Of a stretch of DNA of 39,952 bases, positions 11,512 through 22,093 are shown piece after piece (the first letter of the stretch is position 1; every line of letters begins with the position of its first letter). The DNA is from Tubiluchus corallicola. Its lineage: Eukaryota; Animalia; Priapulida. The notes beneath the pieces were generated by a model that was not told the DNA's origin, searched no databases, and saw nothing but the letters and a program-made list of their open reading frames with translations. Made by a program: the position numbers and the translations under genes. The DNA lies in the NCBI GenBank assembly GCA_030141605.1, contig JAQGDQ010001461.1, positions 1-39,952 of the forward strand, in the 5' to 3' direction.

Positions 11512-12242
11512 GTTCAATAGCATATTGAGCAAGTGCGAAGCGACTGCGAATACATTTTGAAGATTACAAGACTTAACAGTGACTGTTCGTCATATGATTC
11601 GATACGAACTTTGAACTGTTTTTATTATTTTGTAATTTTTAAAGGAAAAGAAATAGGAATTTTAAGTATATCTCAAAAATCTTTCCATATAAACTTATAT
11701 TACTTAACATTAAGCTTAGCTGTTTTAAAATTGGGAAAGAAAATTCTTAATAATTTAAAATGTTTGCGCCAACTTATAAAATGGCTTGGCCTCATGGAAG
11801 TGTGCACCACTGACTCGCTAAAAAACACTACTGTTGTTACTAAAAATATAAACTAAAAATATATAATTTATACTTTTGCTTAGTTAGCGACGAATGCGCT
11901 ACGAATGCCCTGATTTTTTTTTAACTTTACACGATGCCATCTAAACTTCTTGCAAGTAACATACCATTAAAATGGCTTTGCTTGACAGAGTTTAAATTTA
12001 TAGGTTTTATACAGCGTTACTGCTGATGCCAGCTCTATATGCAACAAGACAGAATGTCAGCCACACAAAATTTTAAGACGAATTTTTTAAGCTTTATTTA
12101 TGAAGAGTCTGTTCTGATCGTTGTAAGTGAGGTGGTGCTATTGCTGTGACTAGTCCCGCAATGTTGCACAGCTTCCTGTTTTCAAGAATCTCTAATAATA
12201 GCTCACTGGATACCCGAGAAAAACTCTTCGAATAGAAGAGAA

Positions 12243-12543
12243 GGCAGTAATTGAGAACTAAATTAAAACCAAAAAAGGGCCCATGCACCCAAGCCTACTA
12301 AATAAACGAACAGGTGGCAGCACTGTGGCAGTAATTGAGAACTAAATTAAAACCAAAAAAGGGCCCATGCACCCAAGCCTACTAAATAAACGAACAGGTG
12401 GCAGCACTGTGGCAGTAATCGAGAACTAAATTAAAACCAAAAAAGGGCCCATGCACCCAAGCCTACTAAATAAACGAACAGGTGGCAGCACTGTGGCAGT
12501 AATTGAGAACTAAATTAAAACCAAAAAAGGGCCCATGCACCCA
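12243..12543. repeat. 84-bp tandem repeat, about 3.6 copies
   Basis: Units start at 12243, 12327, 12411 and 12495; near-identical. Confidence 0.95.
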
Positions 12544-12791
12544 CTACACTGATAAATAAGTGCTGTTTTGCTTACAGCTTGAACTTATACCTATAAAAAC
12601 TAAACTGAGATAAATCAGCAAGTGCCTACTTACTGTTGATGAGGCAACTGCTGCTATTCTTCTTGAAGCAATTTGTAATTGAAAAGGATTTTCAGATAAA
12701 TAATTCTGTAAACAAAGAGCCTGGAGCTGCATATTAAATCTAAAATTTCTATTTTGACGTTATTTAATTGATCAAATTTGTGCTTTTTTAG

Positions 12792-12890
12792 GAGCAGCAG
12801 CTTTCTTATAAGTGTCTGAGTGACCATAACTACGTCAGAAGTTACTGTTCTGACTACTTTGAGAACTACAGAAACTGCAAAGCATTTTGG
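12792..12890 (+). CDS. CHCHD7: CHCH-domain protein 7 / COX23 homologue, penultimate coding exon
   Basis: ttttag|EQQLSYKCLSDHNYVRSYCSDYFENYRNCKAFW|gtattt; 33 aa with C-x10-C-x9-C; aligns without gaps to recalled human [33 protein letters not shown]. Not in the ORF track. Confidence 0.85.
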
Positions 12891-13250
12891 GTATTTCTTC
12901 TTTATATCTTAGTTAAAGTTTGATTTAACATTTTATATGAAGTTTTTAATTCATTTGATCTGAATTAATACTTAGTTTGTTAAAGGAAGTATTTCTTCTA
13001 GTAATGTCTGCAGCAAAGTGAATAAGCGTGAGAAAAACCAGATGAATAAATGCTGTTACCAAATGTTATAATGATGACGTAATTCAATATTTATTTTTTC
13101 TGTGACCAAAAAAACAAACTGCTAGAAAATATTTTTGTCTTCCATAAAATATTTAAAGAAACAGTTTTCTTGTGTGAGACTGTCGTCGTTATTGTGTTTC
13201 TTAATGTGTCTAATTGGTTGCAATAGAAACATTTGTGCATTTGTTTTTAG

Positions 13251-13361
13251 AATAAAGTTCGAATGGACAGGAAGCGTTCTGGAGTTTATCCACACATTCC
13301 TGCTGTAGAGGACAGAGCAAGGGTGCAGGCGGAATATTTTGCCAAACCCGGATTTAGATAG
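13251..13361 (+). CDS. CHCHD7: CHCHD7 last coding exon
   Basis: ttttag|NKVRMDRKRSGVYPHIPAVEDRARVQAEYFAKPGFR*; resembles recalled human [25 protein letters not shown]; phase 0 consistent with the previous exon. Confidence 0.8.
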   Translation, partial: NKVRMDRKRSGVYPHIPAVEDRARVQAEYFAKPGFR

Positions 13362-13692
13362 CATGTCGTGAAAATGAGTTTAATCAAATGACTATCGTTT
13401 TCCGTTTTGCATGGCGCAGTCAAGTTGTAAATTAAAGTTCGAGAAAATGGTGGTTACTTTAATTTATTGAATAGAATATAGATGGTGCTCAGTGTCTTGC
13501 TGGGCGGGCTGCTAATGTGGTTAGTGAATTTGATTTCAGTTCAGTGATGCAAAGAAACTCGAGGCTGTTAGGTGTAATACATGTATAAGCTGCTGCTGTG
13601 ATAAAACATATTATGAATGTGAAGGATCCATTGTGTGTTAGTAATATCTTTTCCCTAACATGTGCTAGGTTTTTGTTACCATAGTTTTTACA

Positions 13693-14400
13693 TGTCAAAT
13701 GTAGACCTGCATTAACTCAAATGTTGATTAAGCTAATTCAAATGTGTCTTGGTAACTCAAATGTAGACTTAGGCAGTTCAAATGTGTCTTGGTAACTCAA
13801 ATGTAGACTTAGGTAGTTCAACTGTGTTAACAATGGTTTTCAACAAATCTTGAACGTTTTAGTAAGTCCTATGTAGACACATGTCAAGTCAAATGTGACA
13901 TTGGTATCTCAAATGTGGATAGGTGGTAAAGTTTAAGGATGTTAAATTTAATCTCTTTTAATCTTAATTTAATAATTGCTCTTAAGACTGTGAAAACAAT
14001 AACTTTATAGGCCTACTAATAGTTCACTAATATTCTGCAAACTTTACATACCATTGGAACTGTTAGAGAAAACAATACATTCTTAAAATAAACAATGTTT
14101 CTTGAGAGAAACTAATTCATTAATGCAGTGCTAATGCATTACTTAAAAAACAAATTAGTGATTCACTGTTCATTGGGAAGTGGGAACCAATTTATTCTTT
14201 TCTATCGACGTTACAGTTTATCAAAGAATTTAGTTTGAGGATAAACAACACATTTTTCAAAGTTATGAAAGAGGTGATGACTATCTTTGGGTTATCTTTT
14301 TGTAATTTGCACTTAAATGAGCTAATTACCGATTTATTCAAAGTAATGCATCTACATTTGACTTACCTAAGTCACATTTGAACTTTCCTGTGTCTACAGC
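13693..14400. repeat. Degenerate 20/40-bp TCAAATGT-containing repeats (13693-13925) with an inverted partner at about 14350-14400
   Basis: aactcaaatgtagacttaggcagttcaaatgtgtcttggt is repeated; the reverse complement of 14351-14398 resembles 13872-13919. Confidence 0.55.
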
Positions 14401-15495
14401 GTTATTGCTAACACAAGCCTTGTACGCAATGAGACAAGATGTAATTGATATAAGACTTTAAGATGAATTTTTTAAGCTTCAGTTATGAGGAGTGTCTTCT
14501 TGTGCTTTAAATCTCATATAACATCCTAACATGCCAAACATTATCTGTACCTTTCTTGACTTTTACCCTCGAAGCACTTACAATATAAAGGCTACTTGTA
14601 AATATACAAATATTTGCTGTGATGGCAAAAGGCCATTTATTTTCACTCACTCTCCCACCACTGCTTTGTAATGGTCTGATCTTTTACAAACACATTACAT
14701 AGTGATGTTGACTACTAGGTACAAAACTGTAGCTAAAGAATAGTCTTATTGATTTTCTTTTTGGGATAAGCAGGCAGGCATGTTTTACACCTCAGTACCT
14801 GCTCTGCAATCTACAGGTAAACCAGCATGGAGTGCACAGGACAGAATTCTGTCAGTTTTTCTCATAAATTCATCAGTTTTGAAGTTTATTCTACAAACAT
14901 GAAGCAACCACCGTTATGATTTGCATTCGATAACAAAGTATAGACTTAATAAAAAATAATGATAATGAACTTCTTCCTTTCTCTTAATTTCTCTCTCTCT
15001 CTCTCTCTCCATGTCTCCCTCCCTCCATCAGTTTTATTGGGAGACGGTTTCCTGTTCAGTGATGCGAGACGAATGTTCAAAAACTATTGAATTCAGTCTC
15101 CAATTCTGTCATTCAAACTTTAATGAGTCCTATTTTCTAGCAAACAATTACTGCAACAGTTTAAGTTTAAGTTTATTTGACTTCCATAAAAGGATTACAA
15201 TAAAACCAATAAAAACATTAAATCATTGTCAATCAATAAAAATAGTCATAGGGTGCGGAAGTGATGCACAGACATGTACACACGCCTTGTAATATATTCA
15301 ACTTTACAGTTTTATTTGCAGAATATTCCAATTAAAATAATATTATACAATGAAATTTGTCAACATTTGCCTATTATAATATAAGTACTGGTTTAAATCC
15401 AAAGCATTTAAACGTTTCCGGAATAAAATTTTGTCAGCTCGTTCAATGGACAACCAGCTGCTTGCCAAACTGCACCATTTCTTTAGAAAAATCAA

Positions 15496-16228
15496 ATGCA
15501 ATCAAAAATCAAATACAAAATAAATAATAAACTTCCATTAATAGCTGATTGGTTTAAAGCAAACAAATTGTCATTGAATCCAACTAAAACAAAATGCATT
15601 GTATTTCACACTATAAATAAAAGAGGCTCCCGAATGACATTAACTTATTCATTGAAGTACAGGCAATCAAATATAAAATTCTTAGTTGTATCTTATAACA
15701 CTTTATGGCCTCCAATCAATTATAATGCTATTTTAATATACCTCTATGTAAATTAAACATACACTATGGTCATTTCTTCTCCTCTTTTCCTTCTTCCTAT
15801 CTCTAATCTCACTGTTTTTTCCATTCCATCATGTCTACTAAGCATAACCATTCTTTCATTCACTCATCCTCTCCTCCCTTCCTTCTTCCTATCCCTAATC
15901 TTACTATTTTTTCCATTCCATCATGTCTACTAAGCATAACCATTCTTTCATTCACTCATCCTCCCTTCCCTTCCTTCTTCCTATCCCTAATCTTACTATT
16001 TTTTCATTCCATCATGTCTACTAACCCTAACCATTCTTTCATTCCCTCATTTGTGCCACCTTAACAAGCCAAGCTTTCAAGGCGCCATACAGCAATTTTT
16101 TTATTCGGTTAATTTGACTTCATCAACATTTTTTTTTACTTATACTGTTTCTTTTTGTTTCAATAATATTGTATGTTGATGTATTGTATATGTATTGCTG
16201 GAGTGAAATAAACTGATTGATTGACTGA
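15496..16228 (+). mobile_element. Decayed CR1-group LINE 3' fragment
   Basis: IADWFKANKLSLNPTKTKCIVF is a typical post-YADD RT segment; it ends with GAAATAAACTGATTGATTGACTG, a LINE-type tail. Confidence 0.6.
15775..16050. repeat. 92-bp pyrimidine-rich tandem repeat, 3 copies
   Basis: ccttcttcctat recurs at 15789, 15881 and 15973. Confidence 0.85.
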
Positions 16229-17020
16229 CAAGAGAAAAGAAGACTACATGTAGCATGAGAAATTATAAACTCGCTTTCACAGTAAGTCCTACCTTTAGAC
16301 AAGGATTTGACTGATCAGCACCAATTGACTGCGTCTTCATTGCATGTCCTGGGACGTTTCACTTTTTAATTCTAAAACAAATAAAAATGTTTCCATAGAA
16401 GATATTATTATAAAAAATATTAGAGTACAACAGACTACATTTGAGACAATTTTTAGAAATCCTATTATAATTTATTCCACACTTTCATTACACATTAGAA
16501 TGATAAATGAGAGAACAAAACACAAGTAGAGAGATAGGGTGGTGGTCCACGGACCTAAATTTGATCAAGGGCAGCCACCCTTCTCCTGGCTAAACTAACC
16601 AAAACAAATGAGGTGCTAGTTCATATAAAATTATATAACTAGCTAAATTTCCTCACAACAACAGATAAAAAGCACCTTCACTGCAAGCTTGAACTTTTGG
16701 CTTTATGTCTAAAGTAAGTTTAAAACATTAATTTCAACAAAAAAGTAAAAAAGTATTGGCAATGCTGAAATGCTGAGCATTTACGGCAAAAAATATTTCA
16801 TGCAGGCAGACATGACAGGTGACTCTTATCACATTCATTTATATAATGCAATGAAATCCGTTGTGATAGCAAAATACCCAAATTAAAAGTGGTGCTGCTG
16901 GGAAATCCTCAATCGACGGTATTGAGACACGAGCTGCTTTTACGGTGCAATAAACATTGGAACCTCATTTGCTCTTGTATCGCTGCCTCACTGTATTGAC
17001 GCGTGCTTATTTAGCTACTA

Positions 17021-17592
17021 CTGTATAATGCCATATATCACGTTGAAAACACCGGTTCTCATCTGATCGCCGAAGTTAAGCAATGTAGAGCCTGGTTAGT
17101 ACTTGGATGGGTGACCGCCTAGGAATACCAGGTGCTGTAGGCTTACGGGATGTCCACACTGTATCTCGACACTAAGCAGAGGAGCTGCACAAGCAACCAA
17201 CAGCTAGAAGGTGGAGGAGGTCAAGTGACCCAACGGCCATATGTAGAGGAGTAAACCTTCCAAATCAGGAGTAGAGCCCCAAAGGCGGACTAGTGCAGCA
17301 TGCTCACTGACTCCGGCAGCTCCTGCAACCAACCTGGTGCCAAACTTATCACTCCGCTTTCCTTTGGACTACACCAGGGAGGAAGAGAGGGGGTTCCTGT
17401 TGTCTGGGCAACTCAGGATCTCCATACACCTTGCCCAGGCGTGCTTGGAGACGTGGAGCGTGGAGCTTGAAGCGTGGAGACGTTCAAGGATCGCATTGCT
17501 CAGCCACAGTCGACACTGCAGCTCCATTTGACTCTCTTGGCGAACACTCCATTGTCTTCTGAGACAGAAGGATGCCAACAACAATACATATG
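17021..17592 (+). mobile_element. 5S rRNA-derived SINE (SINE3) with RTE-derived 3' tail
   Basis: 5S head, then about 340 bp of GC-richer body, then a tail (17481-17584) matching the RTE 3' end at 22236-22354(-), ending in (CAA)n; 63-bp flanking direct repeats. Confidence 0.85.
17023..17144 (+). pseudogene. 5S rRNA-like sequence (SINE head, not a canonical 5S gene)
   Basis: CACGTTGAAAACACCGGTTCTCATCTGATCGCCGAAGTTAAGCAA...GGTTAGTACTTGGATGGGTGACCGCCTAGGAATACCAGGTGCTGTAGGCTT; box A, intermediate element and box C are recognisable; the 5' end is degenerate and no oligo-T terminator follows. Confidence 0.9.
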
Positions 17593-17697
17593 TGGAACCT
17601 CATTTGCTCTTGTATCGCCGACTCACCGTATTGACGCGTGCTTATTTAGCTACTAATTTCACTTCTGTTAATAAAAGATTGAAGCAAGGGGCATTGA

Positions 17698-17931
17698 TAA
17701 TAATAATCTTTATTTAAAGTCTGCTCAAAGAGCTATTATCGCCGACTGTAAATAACAACCTACAACTACATAACAGAGACTATTATTACCCCACTTTTAC
17801 CCTAAATACCACACGTCAGGCAGGGCAACAGCATGTACCATTTTTAAAGTCTTTGGTATGACCCGTCCGCTGGTTCGAACTCACGACCTCCCAGACGGAA
17901 AGCAGACGCATTACCACTAGACTAAACCGTC
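17698..17931 (-). mobile_element. tRNA-derived SINE, copy 2
   Basis: Highly similar to 8920-9213, with a deletion of roughly 25 bp near the tail. Confidence 0.85.
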
Positions 17932-18229
17932 TAGTAACGTGTGATGACTAAAGTAAACATGACAAAGGCATGTTATGTTCAGCTTGGTGGTGGGTAACAC
18001 TCGTGTTTAGTCGTGTTGCAAGTTGCAAGACCATGCCTCGCTCAGAATTCTCAAAACTCTCTATTGAAAAATCTGAAGCAACGTCTAGTAGAAGTGACCT
18101 GAAGTTACATTGCATAGCGTGAAGAAAGCATTTTTTCTTAATTGCACACTGACAGCGTGTGAGCTGTTGCAATTTATTACAATCAATATAATCAATTGAG
18201 AAAAAAACATTAGACAACTTCTATTATAA

Positions 18230-18980
18230 TCGACAGTACATGACTACGCATGCCTCACCAATGAAACCTAGAGTTTATCCAAAAACTCTGTAAAGGACGA
18301 GCATAAGAGAGGAATGTAGGCATTAAAGCACATAATGATTCCATCAACATAAACAAGATTGGGAAAACAAGCAATTAATGTACAAATACGTTATCCTGAA
18401 CTTATACATTCGAACAAAATTGGAAACAGGAAGTAATACAAATTGCAAGAAATATGACATAGAAAGTGAAAAAATGAAAAAAAGAAGTAACAGGGATGAC
18501 AAAATCACCGTGGAAAAGAGAAATTAAATTAAAAATAGATATTATAATATTTGCACCAAAAATAAAAAAACAAGATAGCTTGAAATAGTAAACCCAGGTC
18601 TTTGAAAAATGAAAATTGCAGATTATGAAGAATTGGCTAAAAGATGTAGTCTAAAGAAAACAACTGAAATTGGAAAAATAAGGCTGAACATGACAAACTT
18701 AAAGGGCAATAACAATAACTTTTGTAAAGACGCTTTATTGTACCCTTTTGTGTTTGTGTTGTGGTTTACCAGAGAACTCAACTGAGCACTTTTTCAACTG
18801 GAAAGAAAACCAAAATATTAATAAAAGAAACAAATGTGACGGCAGACATGATTCTAAGTGAAAACTGGAAACATTGAAGAGTTTGTGATTTTATTGGAAA
18901 CTGCATGAATTTCAGAAAAATGTTAGATAAAGACTGGTGAATAAAAAAACAGTGTTTAAAGAAATCCTGTCAATAAAGCT
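18230..18980 (+). mobile_element. Possible highly decayed LINE ORF2 C-terminal fragment
   Basis: A-rich strand; broken translation ...KIRLNMTNLKGN...PENSTEHFFNWK resembles a degenerate C-terminal CCHC region. Boundaries are approximate. Confidence 0.3.
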
Positions 18981-19505
18981 TAAGGGACAACCTTAATTAA
19001 AATTATGGTACTTATTATTTTTAAGAATGAAATGCATTCAGCGTATTCACGAAGTAGTCAACGATGATCACGTTGAACGCGTCCTACTTGGGCTAGCCCA
19101 CGTACGCCAGTTGTCCTACTCCGCTCCCAAAAATGCTATTTACAGCAAATTCAAACTAAGTCAACTATCTCATTTGAACCTAGCTCTTACTCTATAATTT
19201 ATCACCCTTTTGAAATACAGCATGATATCACGTGCACGCTGCACGTTTTTTTATGAACGCTTGTAAAAATGGTCCCGCATTCTACAATGTTTCGGACGAA
19301 ATTTTCACATTCTGTTGAAGACAACCGAACATAAAATTAGAAAGCGGAGGAAGCTTTAAATTACACAAAAATTTAATAATTTTAGAACATTTTGAACACT
19401 TTCATTAAAAAAACATTAATTTTTCCTCAGTTTATAACTTTCGGTTATAACTCCCGAAATAGAAAATGGAAACCAAATCTTTGGTACAGTAGTGTTAGCT
19501 TTGCG

Positions 19506-19552
19506 ATGGCGGGTGTTCTAGATGATCCTCCCAGCTCCGTGGGTTCATTAAG
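19506..19552 (+). CDS. UCKL1: Uridine-cytidine kinase-like 1, coding exon 1
   Basis: gcgATGG start; MAGVLDDPPSSVGSL then ag|gtaatt; phase 2 joins exon 2 to give SDDEDE. Confidence 0.75.
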
Positions 19553-21257
19553 GTAATTCTGCTATTTTCAATTGCTTTTTCAACTGTATTGTCGACTAAC
19601 TTGAAGATGAAATCCATTCATGCAATTTAGAAGCACATTAAGTCTATTATAAAGCCTGAAAACATTTCATCTAAAAAATGTTTCCTTAGTTTTGTTTGCT
19701 TTGCATTGCACTCGCAGGTTGCTGCGTTATTTTACACTTTTGTATTTCATATTAATGCTTTTTAAAACTTAAGAAAAAACTTATTTGCAGTATACTTTCA
19801 CATTCAATCTACTTCTCTCACGTGCCAGAGCTGTCAATTTTATTTTGTCAGCGAAGCTATGGTTGGTGATTGTGACAGTGACCACTGAAGTGTATAAAAA
19901 TCACCACAAGATCCTCCCCCTTTTCGTTATTGATTTACACTTCTTTGGCATTTAGTCTGGCACCGACGATTTTGTAGTTCGCCATAAGTGAAGGCTCAAA
20001 ATAGCTAAGTAACCATCTAGCGCTGTAGTTCATGAACGATGTGAGTTTAACGTTTTTGTTCTTAAAATTTTCTCTTTCTTTATTTAATATGAGCGATTTA
20101 AATAATTATCGAGATAAAGCCATAAAAGATCAAATAGAGGTTGATAAGGACAAAAGGTGATCACTTTTTGCTAGTCACAATTGACAGTGTTTCAATTTAA
20201 GGAGAATTAAACAACTGTATTTCACCACCTCCAAATAACACTACGTATGTTATTATAAATTATAAATTTTAGGCCATAATATCCACATGTACGTCGTACA
20301 TTACTTCTTGAGTACTTATTATTTCATATTACTTATTACTTCTTGAGTACGCCGTTTGTCATTTGCATCTTGTGTACATAATAATAAATATGTTGTTAAA
20401 TTCTTTGGAACTCTATACTGTAAAATAATAAAATACTTTATTAAAATAATAAACAATTTCACTTAATGTTAATCTCACAAAAAATTGCAACTTAATTAAT
20501 AGCCAAAAAAGAGTGAGATTTTTATATGTAAATTGAAAGTTCCACACACAAAACTGGAACATTTTACAAGAAAGCAATACCCTAATTGACATACCGTGTG
20601 ATCCGAGTATCTGTAACGCAAATATTTTTAAGAATGACTTGCACTAAGAAACTATTGTCTCTTTTAAGTCCAATTTTGTATGTTTTTGAATGTACACATG
20701 CCTTTACATACTCAGATGTAATCACCTTTAACCCTTTGTCTTAGATGAAGCAAGAACGTGATTCTCCGAAATGTATTGTACAGAAACTCGTGCTGTAAAA
20801 TTAGCAGAACTACACAAATCAATCTTGGGTTTAGTAAACCTTATAAAGTCATATATTGAAATTATTTTAAAATACCAAATTGTCAAATAATTTTTTGTTG
20901 AATTTCAATAAACTGGATTTCTTTGAGCGTCTGTGCTTTTTTGTCATATCACAAAACAGAACCAGATTTCAATTTTTATTAGACACACATGAAAGATTCC
21001 TGATTTTCCGCAACTGGAAAAGTTCATCTGATGGTAACGTCACCACTAGCTTTGGCATATAGTTTTAAGTTGAGTTGCTATCTAAACATGAAAAGTTGGT
21101 ATAATTTGGCATAGATTGAAATAAGAAACCATGCTTTCCAGCTTGGAATAAAATTGCTGATGTAAATAATTTTTTTTACAACAGCATTAATGTTACTTTG
21201 TTGTACCTGAATGCACTAAAACGGCATATTCCTCATCTGCTTGTTTGTCTTCTGCAG

Positions 21258-21505
21258 TGATGATGAAGATGAGGTACTGGGGGCTGCAGCAATAAGTCCT
21301 CCCTCTCCTGTAAAGTCTCCCGGCATCGTACCATCCACAGGAAGGAGCCCTGTGAAACGGGGTCGCACGCGAACGCTCAGCATGTCCAAAGAACCCGATA
21401 CTGTAGTAGACGCAGTTCTGCGTACCAGTAATAGAACAATATATACAGCAGGCCGTCCTCCGTGGTACAATTCTGTAGGGCAGCTGAAAGATGCCTTCGT
21501 TATTG
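21258..21505 (+). CDS. UCKL1: UCKL1 exon 2
   Basis: ctgcag|...[30 protein letters not shown]|gtaagt; [12 protein letters not shown] is the UCKL1 signature. Confidence 0.93.
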
Positions 21506-21974
21506 GTAAGTGGAATAATTTGCTGTGTGAAACATTTTCATTTATTGCAAACTTATACAGACATTTATGTGAAAGGTATAAACACTTGTATAACTCTAGT
21601 ATAGTCACCTTGGCTTTCACTGTGTGTTTTTCATATTCAATCATCTTTATTCTTATTACTATAACATTCAGTACCTACTAACTACATAATTAAATAAACT
21701 GCAATTGCAACTCTACAAAATACCTTTATTTGTATAGACGGTATTATGTATATACATTATTTATTCATTATTCAGTAACTTCCTGTCTTCACATCTTTGC
21801 GTATGGTACTTACAGTGACACTAACTGTAATCTTCTTATGAGTGTGAGAAGTAACTAACATAAACTCGTATAATATCAACATATTATAGGTTATTTTCAA
21901 GCATACAAAGTTTATTAATTATGAATGTTAGTAACAGTTCATGGATCATTGACGAAATTTTCTATTTCTGGCAG

Positions 21975-22081
21975 GCATTGCTGGCGGGAGTGCCTCCGGG
22001 AAAACGACAGTCGCCAGGAAGATCATAGAAGCATTAGATATTCAGTGGGTTGTACATTTGAGCATGGATTCGTTTTATAAG
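21975..22081 (+). CDS. UCKL1: UCKL1 exon 3 (P-loop)
   Basis: ggcag|[36 protein letters not shown]|gtgagt. Confidence 0.96.
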
Positions 22082-22093
22082 GTGAGTAGAGTC

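Noticed and set aside
12270-12301. GPCTQ in the 84-bp repeat as the missing CHCHD7 first exon
   Set aside because: No splice donor follows, an in-frame stop comes two codons later, and it lies in a tandem repeat.
17023-17144. Functional 5S rRNA gene
   Set aside because: Degenerate 5' end, several substitutions, no oligo-T terminator, not arrayed, and fused to a retroposon body within TSDs.
17948-18217. 89-aa minus-strand ORF as an exon of a further gene
   Set aside because: No recognisable motif and no partner exons found.
20740-20790. Second hammerhead-like remnant (agatgaag...ttctccgaaat)
   Set aside because: Both conserved boxes are imperfect and stems I/III cannot be formed convincingly.
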